From NCBI GenBank assembly GCA_964534335.1, contig CAZHPS010000001.1:1-59939 (forward strand): a DNA stretch of 59,939 bases, in the 5' to 3' direction. Made by a program: the position numbers and the translations under genes. The notes below the pieces were generated by a model that was not told where the DNA came from, did not search any database, and saw nothing but the letters and a program-made list of their open reading frames with translations. Of this stretch, positions 16,085 through 25,489 are shown piece after piece. How positions within the stretch are numbered: position 1 is the stretch's first letter; each line of letters begins with the position of its first letter. This DNA comes from an uncultured Desulfobacterales bacterium. GTDB lineage: Bacteria > Desulfobacterota > Desulfobacteria > Desulfobacterales > Desulfococcaceae.

Positions 16085-16710
16085 TACAATCCCAGAATAT
16101 CTGCAATCTCTTTGAGACCGGAGATATGAAAATCCGCAGCCAAATCCGGATTTTTAAAGGCTGCAAACGCCACACCCGCGGCGTTTGCAGCCATTTCATC
16201 CAACTGCGTATCTCCGACATACAAAGCCTGCACAGGGGACAGTCTGAAATGATCCAGTATTTTGAGCAGTTCTTCGGGATGGGGTTTGGGATTTTCCACA
16301 TCCAGCGCAGTCACCACCATGTCAAAATCATCTTTCAGATCAAATTCAGCCAGCACCCTGGGCATGGTGTCTGTCCGGTTGGTGGCAATCGCGGTTTTAT
16401 ACCGGGGCCGAAGCTTTCTGAGCAGTGGCTTCAGAAAAGGCTCCGGCTCCATATGCGGTATAAAATCCCCATAGGGCATGATTTTGCGGAAAGCCTGCGC
16501 GGCCGCATATTCCGCAGGATCAGGAAACAGACGGGACAGGGATTCATCTGCCGTGTGCATATGCGCGTAGGCAAAATCCCTGTCCGTCATTTCAGCCTTT
16601 CCCAGATGATGCAGAATGCGGTTGTAGTAAATGCGGTTGACATTGGCCGTATCAAACATCACGCCGTCACAGTCCAGAATCACGGCTTTGATTTCTCTGA
16701 CATTCACCAT
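16084..16710 (-). CDS. HAD-superfamily hydrolase (phosphoglycolate phosphatase-like)
   Basis: Motif I ILDCDGVMFDT, motif III/IV region YVGDTQLD, 208 aa. Its ATG directly follows the upstream stop (TGAATG). Confidence 0.8.
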   Translation of the reverse strand: MVNVREIKAVILDCDGVMFDTANVNRIYYNRILHHLGKAEMTDRDFAYAHMHTADESLSRLFPDPAEYAAAQAFRKIMPYGDFIPHMEPEPFLKPLLRKLRPRYKTAIATNRTDTMPRVLAEFDLKDDFDMVVTALDVENPKPHPEELLKILDHFRLSPVQALYVGDTQLDEMAANAAGVAFAAFKNPDLAADFHISGLKEIADILGL

Positions 16711-17523
16711 TCAGTTGGCTTTCCCGGATTCAGGTTTCGCATCTGTTTTGTCCGGTGCAGCAGGCGGAGGATCAAAGATATTGCCATATACATTGATCTT
16801 CAGTTCCGGTCTGATAGGACTGTCGGTTTTCAGAATGATATTATCCGCATATCGTGTTTTTGCCTGTTTCAGATTCACCACTGTCAGCAGATATTCCGTC
16901 ACATTTTCCTTCTGAACAGATTCCATATCCACCCGGATATTGTCAGGTCCTTCGGTTTTCACCTCAAGAATTTTAAACGGATACTCAGGCTGCGGAACAA
17001 TGCTCACCTTTGATTTGATCTCATTCCCCACCTGCCCGGTCATACGGACACGGTTCGGACTGATGGTGACAAACTGTTTCACATTTCCCTGGATCGTCAG
17101 ACTGATCTGTTTGCGTGCCGGATCCGGATCATTTGTGAACACCGTAATATTCTTGGACAGCTTTCTTCCGCCATAACCTGTTGTGTTGACTTTTATTTCA
17201 ATTTTTCCCCCGCCGCCGGCAGGGATTTGCTTCGTGAAAGAAGCAAGTGTGCAGCCTCAGCCGGTATTGACGCGTTCAATCTGCAGTTCCGCGTCCCCTT
17301 TGTTCTGAACCACAAAGCTGTAGATAACCTCATCTCCGTCCAGGACAGGATCAAACTCATGCACGGGCTGGGGGGCAAAGGCAAGCGGTGCCGCTGTTTT
17401 GTCTGCCTGATTTACAGCATCTCCTGCTCCACCGGTTTTATCTGCTTCCCCCCCTGTTCCGAAACAGAGGGTTCCGGCAGTCAGAATAAGGAAAATGACC
17501 ATACCGAATGTTTTCATTTTCAT
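16711..17523 (-). CDS. DUF1573-like exported (lipo)protein with in-frame TGA at 17257..17259; candidate selenoprotein (alternatively a nonsense-disrupted gene)
   Basis: ORFs 17257..17523 and 16711..17142 are in the same frame, and 17143..17256 has no other stop. The read-through sequence is ...LQIERVNTG-[TGA]-GCTLASFTKQIPAGGGGKIEIKV..., which is the DUF1573 V..SCGCT...P.G..G.I.V core with TGA at the first Cys. Signal peptide MKMKTFGMVIFLILTAGTLC and SD AAGGAG are present. Confidence 0.6.
17227..17246 (-). promoter_or_regulatory. Candidate SECIS-like hairpin downstream of the in-frame UGA
   Basis: On the mRNA the sequence is UGA-GGCUGCACAC-UUGCUUC-UUUCAC-GAAGCAA. This is a 7-bp stem starting 11 nt after UGA with a 6-nt loop. 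The loop lacks the GU seen in E. coli fdhF. Confidence 0.35.
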
Positions 17524-17778
17524 TGTGTTATGCTCCTTTTACCATGATCTGTTTATACAAATTTATACAAACTGCAATTATGGTGAATCCAGAAAAATCA
17601 CGGGAAAAACAGGAATCCGGATTTTTTGTGAATCCATCACTGACAATGAACCTGCGAAAAACCGGAAGATCCGCATTTTTCTGAAAACAGTGTGTTTGCA
17701 GAAAAAGACCGGCTTTTCACATATCTGATTATTATAATCCTGTCTCAGCAATTATTCAACCCGGTTTTCATGTTTTTT

Positions 17779-20736
17779 TCAGTCTGCCCCGCCTGAGTCC
17801 CCATCCGTGCGCGGAAACACCTCCACATCTGCTGTCTGTGTTTCATTTTCCTGCCCTGTTCCCATTTCCAAAGCCCGCCCCTGCTGGGGCTGATTTGATT
17901 CCCTCATTCCCTGCATGCCTGACATGGGGATATGTGGCATGACATAGCGGATGTTTTTGATAATATCGGCAAATATCTTGTTGAGATCTTTATGCAGATC
18001 CGAGGCCACAATATCCTTGAAATCCTGACTCAGCAGCATTGCAACTGTAACCCTGTCAATCTGGTCAGGATTTTTTTCCAGAATCCCCACAAGCCGCTGC
18101 TTCACTTTGGTAATCATCATCATTTTATACTGATCCGGGGAAATGGCTCTGAGCAGATTCGGGGATTTTTCCAGAATTTCCTCCACTGCCTGAATGCCCC
18201 CTTCATAATGTGCCTTGATCAGAGACAGTTTTGCATAGGCATTGATGTCTCCGGCCTTGAGTTTTTCCACAGCCTGCAGTTTGGCTTCGCTGAAGGCTTT
18301 TCTCAGATCATATTCGGTAATATCGCGGAGTGTGGCTGCCTCTTTTTCCGCGAGTTTTCTTTTGCCATCCAGCATGATCAGTTTCATCATGGCCAGTTGT
18401 TTGGTGCCTTTTCTTTCAATATCGAATTTTTCCACTTCCGCGCGTTTGGCACTTTCAGCTTTGGACAGTTCAAACTGCAGTTCCTGCTGTTTGGCAATAA
18501 ATTCCTCCTCTTCGCTCAGTCCCTTTCCCTCATAATAGAAATCACCAATCTGCACTTCCACACTGATGGGATCAATAAAACAGAGCAGACGGCTGCATCC
18601 GCTGGGACTGTAAAGACGTTCTCTTACAGTATCTATTTTTTCCATGATGCCTTCCACATCATGGTCAATCTGCTCATGGACTTTGGTCCAGTCAATGACA
18701 TAATTCTGCGGTTCCAGTTTCTGTGCATTCTGATGATCCGCAGGGGTCGCAGGCCGCAGTTTCAGTTTGTGGATATGCTTGAGAACAGAGGGATTTTCAT
18801 CACGGCGTTTGTCGCTTTTGATATATTCTTCCAGAAAATTATAATGGATTTCATAATGTTCTCTCAGATGCCGGGTCAGTTTTTCCCGGAAAACATAGGG
18901 ATTGCTTTTGGGTTTGAGGCAGTATTCCAGAACCAGTGCAGCAAGCCGGGGTTCACTGCGCGCACGCGCAGTTGCTGCGGAAATATCCAGATATTTGTTG
19001 AAAATGCCTTTGATCAGATCTTCGAGATCCCCTTTGGGAAAATCCAGCAGGGGCAGTACAGTTTTGCTGCTGCTTTCGGGCGATGTCTTTGTTTTGCTGA
19101 TTCTGGCAATCTGTCTCTTTTTTTCCACCTTTCTGGCATCATTGCTGTTTTCCCGTTTTTCCTCAATCTGCTGTGTCTCCTCTCCGAAAATATGCACCTC
19201 TCCTGCTTCGGAAATGGACAGTTCCTTGCCGGTCAGCAGGGGCCAGAGACTGAAAACCAAATCAAAACCGTCTGTCATCAGCCGGAGGCACATGGCATGC
19301 AGCAGAGGTTTGGCCTTTCCTTCCAGCAGTCTGCTGATAAGAAACTGCCAGGCCCGATCCTCAGCCTCTTTCTGCACCCACCGGATTTTGTCTTCTTCTG
19401 TATTTCTGATTTTTCTGATTTTATCTTCCGGAGCAGCCTGACCGGGTCTGCTGATTTCCTCCTGTGCTTTTTTGCGGATTTCCTCTATATCCTCCTGACA
19501 AACATCTGCCCGGAGACGTTTGACCTCACTGAGAATGGCAAGGGTGTCAGGTTTCACGCCCGGCAGATTCGGATTGGCAAAAACATCGGCAATAATCTGG
19601 AGAATGCTTCTGCGATCCTTTTCCGGTTTTTTTATTTCCCCTTCCTGAATATCCAGCACTTTCCAGACATACTCAACTTCCTCCAGAGAAATTTCCCTTT
19701 TCCGGTTGATACCCTCCAGCAGAACCTCGGCAGGCTGCAGCAGTTGGAAACGGACAATCAGGCTGCTGTCAGTACCGGGACGGGGATTGGCTTTAAGCAG
19801 ATTCAGCTCGGCCTGGAGCTGCATGGCCCTTTGTCTGCGGGGGCCGTAAGCAAAAACCTCACTCCCGTCCTTTTTCCATACCCTGCCATCCCGGAAATCC
19901 ACAGGCCCGTCATCACTGGCTTTGAGTTCCTTTGCCATTTTTTCCACTTCAGCCTGTTTTTCCTGTTCCTGTCTGGGATCCTCCACAGCCACACAGGTGA
20001 TGAAGCGGTTGGTGCTGCGGGTCTGCACCTTGTCCAGTTCAAGTGCAATATTGTATTTGATGGGCAGTTTGTAAATAATGGTCAGATCAAAGCCCTCCCG
20101 CGTGTCAAGGCTTGTCCGGTCTCCGGGCGCTGGATTAAGCCAGAGCATATTGTGATACGGCGGAAATCTGCGGAGAATCATTTCATAATCGCCTGTGATA
20201 ACTGCCATTTCAAGATACTGGCGTATCATTTTGTTTATGGGGCGGACGAGAAATGACTGGGTAAGATAGATATGGGATTCAATATTGGGCCGCAGCAGTT
20301 TGAGGAAAAAATTCAGATTCTGGTAATTGGTAAATTTTTCCTTGAGATCCGGATTGTGGGCAATATTGAGATTCATGAACAGATATTTGAAAAATCTGAT
20401 TTTTTCTTCTATATCCGCGCGCAGTCCGTATCTTTTCCCGCCCACATTTTCAAGCCATATGTCAAAAAGCTGTTTGCCAAGCGGATGGGTAAAAACAGCT
20501 TTTTCCTGCTCAGAAGCCCAGAAATAAATGTATTTTTTTACCCAGGGCCGCATTTTTCTCCACAAAGGATACATTCTGGCAACCGAATGGTAAAATTCAT
20601 CCGCAATTTTTCTGAATTCAATGATCTGCGCGCTGGCCAACCCCAGTTCAAAAAAGGAACGGGATGCGGCCGCAATGGGAAAAAATGCCCATCTTTGTGT
20701 GAACTCTCCCTGATTTATGGGATCTCCGTTTAACAT
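17779..20736 (-). CDS. Large (985 aa) cytoplasmic protein of unknown function, Lys/Glu-rich helical, no motif I recognise
   Basis: Uninterrupted ORF with an ATG start and balanced composition. The 774-aa ORF on the opposite strand is Phe-rich, the typical antisense shadow of AAA/GAA-rich coding. No P-loop or catalytic motif was seen. Confidence 0.7.
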   Translation of the reverse strand: MLNGDPINQGEFTQRWAFFPIAAASRSFFELGLASAQIIEFRKIADEFYHSVARMYPLWRKMRPWVKKYIYFWASEQEKAVFTHPLGKQLFDIWLENVGGKRYGLRADIEEKIRFFKYLFMNLNIAHNPDLKEKFTNYQNLNFFLKLLRPNIESHIYLTQSFLVRPINKMIRQYLEMAVITGDYEMILRRFPPYHNMLWLNPAPGDRTSLDTREGFDLTIIYKLPIKYNIALELDKVQTRSTNRFITCVAVEDPRQEQEKQAEVEKMAKELKASDDGPVDFRDGRVWKKDGSEVFAYGPRRQRAMQLQAELNLLKANPRPGTDSSLIVRFQLLQPAEVLLEGINRKREISLEEVEYVWKVLDIQEGEIKKPEKDRRSILQIIADVFANPNLPGVKPDTLAILSEVKRLRADVCQEDIEEIRKKAQEEISRPGQAAPEDKIRKIRNTEEDKIRWVQKEAEDRAWQFLISRLLEGKAKPLLHAMCLRLMTDGFDLVFSLWPLLTGKELSISEAGEVHIFGEETQQIEEKRENSNDARKVEKKRQIARISKTKTSPESSSKTVLPLLDFPKGDLEDLIKGIFNKYLDISAATARARSEPRLAALVLEYCLKPKSNPYVFREKLTRHLREHYEIHYNFLEEYIKSDKRRDENPSVLKHIHKLKLRPATPADHQNAQKLEPQNYVIDWTKVHEQIDHDVEGIMEKIDTVRERLYSPSGCSRLLCFIDPISVEVQIGDFYYEGKGLSEEEEFIAKQQELQFELSKAESAKRAEVEKFDIERKGTKQLAMMKLIMLDGKRKLAEKEAATLRDITEYDLRKAFSEAKLQAVEKLKAGDINAYAKLSLIKAHYEGGIQAVEEILEKSPNLLRAISPDQYKMMMITKVKQRLVGILEKNPDQIDRVTVAMLLSQDFKDIVASDLHKDLNKIFADIIKNIRYVMPHIPMSGMQGMRESNQPQQGRALEMGTGQENETQTADVEVFPRTDGDSGGAD

Positions 20737-20912
20737 AGTATTTCCGGGTAAAATTCCTGTAATGTTTTTGTAAGAAAATAGACTGTATAAAATTTTCCTG
20801 TCAGGAAACCATTATAATTTTGAAAATAATGAGGGATTATAACAGGTTATTCTGATACATGCCAATGACTGATGAATGAAAAAAAATTCAGACCTTTTCA
20901 GCACAACGCATG

Positions 20913-21689
20913 TCAGTCCGCATATTTTTCCGTATATATGGGAGGATTAAACAGTTTGTTGTGATCATAGGCAAATCCTGCAAAAAGGCTTTCAATTCCC
21001 TTTTGTTTTGCCTTTATCCCATCCATTTCCTGCCGGAGTTTCTGGTTCTCACTTTTCAGACTTTCCACATTTTTCTTCAGTTCATTGCCGGATGTATTCA
21101 GTATTTCCACAAATTCCTTTAAAGCCTTTTTCTTTTCCAGCAGTTCTGCAACTGCGGTTTTCAGTTTTTCCAATTCCCGGATTTCTGCCTGCAGTGCTGC
21201 AATTTTCTCATCAAAGTTTTTGCGGATGTCCTGATTTTCGGTCTGCAAAGATCCATTCCGCTTTTCCAGTTCCCGGATTTGGTTTTGCAAACCGGCTGTT
21301 TTTTCCTCACAGCTTTTGCGGATGCCCTGATTTTCTATGTGCAGATCGCTGATCCGCTTATTATGGGACAGGATTTCTGTCCACAGTTCTGTGATTTTCC
21401 CATCAGCATTTTTGCGGATCTCCTGATTTTCACTCTGGAGAAAGGCGGCCTGTTTTTCCAGATTTTGCAAAACAGAGGCTTTTTCCTCATTGTTTTTAAT
21501 GAGTTCCTGATTTTCTGAATACAGAGAGGCAACCCGGTTTTCCAGTTCGCTGAGGCGTCCGTTCTTCAGTCCTGCGATCTCTGCTTTCAGTTCCCCGATA
21601 ATGGAAAAAATTTTATAATCATTGAAACTTGCCGATTTTTCATCAAAAACCGTTTTGGACTGCGACAGACCCGACAGTATTTCATCCAT
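20913..21689 (-). CDS. Coiled-coil protein with repeated ENQxIRKN...EK(I/T)AxLQ heptad blocks
   Basis: At least four repeats of about 30 aa (ENQELIKNNEEKASVLQ, ENQEIRKNADGKITEL, ENQGIRKSCEEKTAGLQ, ENQDIRKNFDEKIAALQ). Lies directly upstream of the 985-aa gene on the same strand. Confidence 0.7.
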   Translation of the reverse strand: MDEILSGLSQSKTVFDEKSASFNDYKIFSIIGELKAEIAGLKNGRLSELENRVASLYSENQELIKNNEEKASVLQNLEKQAAFLQSENQEIRKNADGKITELWTEILSHNKRISDLHIENQGIRKSCEEKTAGLQNQIRELEKRNGSLQTENQDIRKNFDEKIAALQAEIRELEKLKTAVAELLEKKKALKEFVEILNTSGNELKKNVESLKSENQKLRQEMDGIKAKQKGIESLFAGFAYDHNKLFNPPIYTEKYAD

Positions 21690-21758
21690 AAGTATTCCTC
21701 TTTTTCTGATCGGCCGGACGGATTATCCGCCCTGACCGCTCCGCCTGTTGGTTATAAC

Positions 21759-21965
21759 TTATTCAATTATCTTATATTTATTTCGTGCCAGTTCTTTTTG
21801 CATACCGTCAAAATGCCACCACTCATGGCGTAAAGCAATGAAACCGGCCTGCTTTATGCTATCCGTGAGCATCTGTCTGTTTTCAAATTGCTCCTTTGTC
21901 AGCCAAAAATAAATTAAACTGTTCTGTCCGCTTGAACGATGGATTAATCTTTTTTTATGCTGCAA
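21759..21965 (-). pseudogene. C-terminal remnant of a VanX/DdpX-type D-Ala-D-Ala dipeptidase (M15)
   Basis: GFIALRHEWWHFD matches the conserved (E)WWHF C-terminal motif. Only about 40-60 aa are present, and it overlaps the end of the upstream gene. Confidence 0.5.
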
Positions 21966-22737
21966 GGCTTTCTATTATCTGTTCCTGTTCTTTGGGAAAA
22001 CCGAAAACGACAGACAGTTCAGATAATCTTTTTATATCATCATTACGATAAGTATTGTAACTTTGGTCATATACGGTTAAAAACTGATTGCTGCCTTTGT
22101 ACGACTTAATGTCATACCATCTTCTGAATATTTCATTGGAAACTGCATGACTGTTTGTCCCCGCTGACAGTGTTTGAACTAAAGAAATAATATTCCTCCC
22201 GTATACTTTAAAATCAACTTTTACTTCATTATCAAAATCACCTTTCAAAATTATTTCAGGATCATATTTCAAATGAGTTACAGAGAGAAATTCTTCAACC
22301 TCATCCTGAAAGGTCCCGCTGATTGTCAGTCTTTGTGTAAAAACCAGATCACTGATTCTTATACATGCCTGAGACAGTCTTACAATTGGATTATAAAATT
22401 GTTTAAAATCTTCAGGAATTAGTTGTATCTGAAATTGTCCGTCTGATTGCAATATATTAAGAGAATTGCAAATATCATCAATTATTGTCCGTCTTTTTTT
22501 TGTTGCCCACAGATTGAACTGCATATCGTCAGTATAATCCGCTGTCTGCCCCAAGTCTGAAAGAACATAACTACCGAATAAGTCATCATTTTTTCTCAGA
22601 AACAGATCGATATGTGAACCGTTCGGATAATTAAAAGGTGTTGCGATACGCAAATCTCCGCTTTTTATTATATCACAATCTTTTACCAATGAAAAAGATT
22701 TGAGATATTCCATTATGTTTTCACAATTTATTATCAT
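21955..22737 (-). CDS. Hypothetical protein, DUF1828/DUF1829-like by pattern
   Basis: 260-aa ORF with an ATG start. The N-terminal IATPFNYPNGSHIDLFL...LSDLGQT resembles DUF1828 as I remember it; not verified. Confidence 0.6.
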   Translation of the reverse strand: MIINCENIMEYLKSFSLVKDCDIIKSGDLRIATPFNYPNGSHIDLFLRKNDDLFGSYVLSDLGQTADYTDDMQFNLWATKKRRTIIDDICNSLNILQSDGQFQIQLIPEDFKQFYNPIVRLSQACIRISDLVFTQRLTISGTFQDEVEEFLSVTHLKYDPEIILKGDFDNEVKVDFKVYGRNIISLVQTLSAGTNSHAVSNEIFRRWYDIKSYKGSNQFLTVYDQSYNTYRNDDIKRLSELSVVFGFPKEQEQIIESLAA

Positions 22738-22751
22738 ATCTTTACCTTTCC

Positions 22752-23120
22752 CTATCCATCGGGTTTAATAAATATTCCCTTGTGGTTTATTTTAGACTGC
22801 TTACAGAGAATTTCCCATATTTGTCCGGTATCTTTATCTTTTAAATCGTCTCTCGATTGCGCATACGGAAGATTCCGCCTCGGACAACTCTCTTTTTGTA
22901 AAGAATGTTTATGTGTACGTCCGCTTTCTCCATGTATGGAACTGTTGACCTCAATTCTGCATACAGGGCCTGTGCCACGGACACAGAAATTGAATCTGAC
23001 TGACGGAATATCAGGTTTATATTTTCCGTTAAGCAATAAATCAATTCCCATAGAGTTATAAACTCTGATATTATCAAAACTTAATGTGTTTGTATTCTCT
23101 TTTTTTGAAAGAAATATCAT
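22752..23120 (-). CDS. Hypothetical protein; possible N-terminal extension to 23175 through an A7 homopolymer frameshift
   Basis: A 122-aa ORF. An upstream ATG at 23175 opens a 33-codon ORF in another frame that would fuse to this one if one A of the A7 run (T7 on the plus strand, 23100-23106) were removed. Confidence 0.5.
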   Translation of the reverse strand: MIFLSKKENTNTLSFDNIRVYNSMGIDLLLNGKYKPDIPSVRFNFCVRGTGPVCRIEVNSSIHGESGRTHKHSLQKESCPRRNLPYAQSRDDLKDKDTGQIWEILCKQSKINHKGIFIKPDG

Positions 23121-23270
23121 CCAGAATTTCTTTATCCGGCAAATCTCTTAATCTTTCAAATGTCAGTCTGTCCATAATTATCTAAACATTCTCCTTATCC
23201 TCTTTTTTATGAAAAAATTTAACAACGAGGTAAGCGGTGCGATATCAGCCGCATCCGCCTGACCAGCAGA

Positions 23271-24104
23271 TTATGGGGATACGTCCGGCTGCGGTTTTTG
23301 CGAAATGCGATATGCGTTCAATGCTTTCTGCCAGGAAGGGGACATCTTTTCCTTTCTTACCGGCCACTGAAAACCAAAATGTCCGCACAACCGGCAAAAC
23401 GCTGACATCTGATCTGCCATGTTGTCTGATTGGTCGGGTAGGCTTTGTCTTCCCAGATGATACTGAAATATGCGGTCTATGCCGCCGGCAATTGCACACA
23501 TATAATATCCGGATGGGGTTAACCCCAAACCGCATTCTGCAATAATTCGGCAACCGCCGGAATAATCATAAAACCGGTTTAACCGTGTATCAGCCGGAGC
23601 TATGTTAAACGGTCTGAACAGGTTCACGCGGCTTGTCTTGAGCGTACTTTTAATGATAATGCCGCCGGGCAGTTTCTCCAATACTTCGTGAACTTTTCTT
23701 CCAAAATAATTTGTGCAGATTACCAGCCTGACACCCGGATTATGAACTGACCGGTAATCCTCCAGCAGTTCGATAATATCAAAAATACGGCTGTGAAGGG
23801 TCGGTTCTCCGCCCATGATTCGGATTCTTTTCCATTGCGCTTTTTTTTCAACACTTTCCCGGATAAACTCCTCAATCATTGAAACCGGTATTTCCGTATC
23901 GCTGGGTGCCTGTGTACAGGAACGGTTGCAGTTGAAACATTTCAAATTGCACTTGTAGGTGATATCAATTTCCGCAAATTCCCGGCTTGGTTTAAATTGC
24001 GGTCCGAACCATCCGGTCACGAGCGACTGAGAACGGATGAACTGGTAAAAATCAAGAACCAGGCGTTTTACCGTGATATTTCGATGGCGGGGCGTATGTA
24101 TCAT
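23271..24104 (-). CDS. Radical SAM protein (small, 277 aa)
   Basis: CNLKCFNCNRSC supplies the CX3CX2C cluster motif, followed by MGGEPTL. Confidence 0.75.
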   Translation of the reverse strand: MIHTPRHRNITVKRLVLDFYQFIRSQSLVTGWFGPQFKPSREFAEIDITYKCNLKCFNCNRSCTQAPSDTEIPVSMIEEFIRESVEKKAQWKRIRIMGGEPTLHSRIFDIIELLEDYRSVHNPGVRLVICTNYFGRKVHEVLEKLPGGIIIKSTLKTSRVNLFRPFNIAPADTRLNRFYDYSGGCRIIAECGLGLTPSGYYMCAIAGGIDRIFQYHLGRQSLPDQSDNMADQMSAFCRLCGHFGFQWPVRKEKMSPSWQKALNAYRISQKPQPDVSP

Positions 24105-24196
24105 TTAATCCTGTATTATCAATGCTATATGTTTGTTTCGCAATGTCATCGAAGATGGCAGCACATGAATATCTCTGACAAACAGGCCATCTGATG

Positions 24197-25432
24197 TCAA
24201 ATCACTTTGAAGTAGACCTTCTGAACCCTGTTGAATACGCCTTTCCATGTAAAAACGGAGAGATCATCCTCAATCAGGGAAAGGTCGATCCGGGGAACTC
24301 TGACTGCTCCTTCCATCTGGATTCTAAGTGCCTGCGCTATATTCTGTTCAAAAGCAGTCAAATCCTCCGGATAGGGCTGGTCCATATTCCTCAAACGCGG
24401 TGTACTGATCAGGGTGATGTAATCGGCTTTCATATTGCCCGCAACCTCCATAACTCCGGGCAGATCTGTGGCTGCCACCCGGCAGCCGCTTGCCAGAGCC
24501 TCAAGCATAACCAGAGGCAATCCCTCAAATAAGGATGGCAGGACAAAAATATGGGCATTTTTAAAAACGGCCGCCAGACGAGCCTGCGGTATCTGACCAT
24601 GCACCACAGCCCGTTCTCCGAGTCCCTGGACAAGGCTCATGCATTCCTCCTTTTCTTTGCCGCTTCCGCCTCCCGCGATGTGAAGCTGCCATTCAGGCTT
24701 CTTAATTGTTTTCAGTGCTTTGATCAGCCAGGGCAGCCCCTTGGCGTTTATGAGTTTGCCTGCATAAACAACCTGCACGGGCGGAGGGGAGGGCTTGGAA
24801 CCCGCGGTGAAGAGGGAATCATTGTAACCGGCACCGGTGACTATGATTTTTTCCGGCGGCAGCCGGTAGTTCATCACCATGTAATCCTTCTGATCCCCGG
24901 TCAGCACCATGGCAGCATCCAAATGTCGGCATCCGCTCAATACCTTTTCGCGGAGGTGAGGGCAGTTCTGGAATTGACGAAGATCTGTTCCGTGGCAGGT
25001 GGTCACCACCGGGATATTCCGGAAAAGACGCCGAGCCAGGGAACTGATCAGCCAGTTGTGATGGCTGTGAATGATATCCGGACAAAAACGGTTCACCTTT
25101 TCTGTCAGCACAGATGAAAAAACCGTTTCGTATTTTTCGATATCCTGTTCGGACAGATCGGCAAACCGCGTGCTTGGGTAGGGCATAATATCTGTCATGC
25201 CGGGGATCAGGAATGGAATATCGTCCCCGCTGAAGCGGACAAAGCGGCATTGCTCCATAGAAATACCGTGCAGTTCCACATCGCTGTCTGGCTGAATGCC
25301 GGCGATCATAAAATTTTTATGACCGCATTCAGCCGCTTCACGCATCATTGACTGCAGATAAATACCGCTGCCGGTCGAGTCCGGACGCTGCCCCAGCACA
25401 TGAAGAATTTTTAATTTCTTATTTGCAGCCAT
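24197..25432 (-). CDS. GT4-family (GT-B fold) glycosyltransferase
   Basis: N-terminal KILHVLGQRPDSTGSGIY and C-terminal VLPSLFEGLPLVMLEALASGCRVAATDLPG (the Glycos_transf_1 E-x7-E region). Confidence 0.8.
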   Translation of the reverse strand: MAANKKLKILHVLGQRPDSTGSGIYLQSMMREAAECGHKNFMIAGIQPDSDVELHGISMEQCRFVRFSGDDIPFLIPGMTDIMPYPSTRFADLSEQDIEKYETVFSSVLTEKVNRFCPDIIHSHHNWLISSLARRLFRNIPVVTTCHGTDLRQFQNCPHLREKVLSGCRHLDAAMVLTGDQKDYMVMNYRLPPEKIIVTGAGYNDSLFTAGSKPSPPPVQVVYAGKLINAKGLPWLIKALKTIKKPEWQLHIAGGGSGKEKEECMSLVQGLGERAVVHGQIPQARLAAVFKNAHIFVLPSLFEGLPLVMLEALASGCRVAATDLPGVMEVAGNMKADYITLISTPRLRNMDQPYPEDLTAFEQNIAQALRIQMEGAVRVPRIDLSLIEDDLSVFTWKGVFNRVQKVYFKVI

Positions 25433-25489
25433 TGTAAAAGTTCCTGAGTTTCAATTTTGAAAAAATTGAAATAGTTATATCTTACCTCA

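Noticed and set aside
17190-17226. Second GC-rich hairpin (CCCUGCC-GGC-GGCGGGG on the mRNA) as the SECIS for the in-frame UGA
   Set aside because: It starts more than 40 nt after the UGA and would have a 3-nt loop. The AU-richer hairpin beginning 11 nt after UGA fits the expected spacing better. Neither has been validated.
17932-20256. 774-aa ORF on the plus strand opposite the 985-aa gene
   Set aside because: It is extremely Phe/Ile/Leu-rich with low complexity, the typical antisense shadow of a Lys/Glu-rich (AAA/GAA) gene. The minus-strand ORF is longer and has an ATG start and normal composition.
24105-24196. 14-codon Cys-containing ORF (MACLSEIFMCCHLR) between the GT4 and radical SAM genes as a RiPP precursor
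   Set aside because: It is too short, has no SD and has no leader-like region. It is mentioned only as context in a finding.
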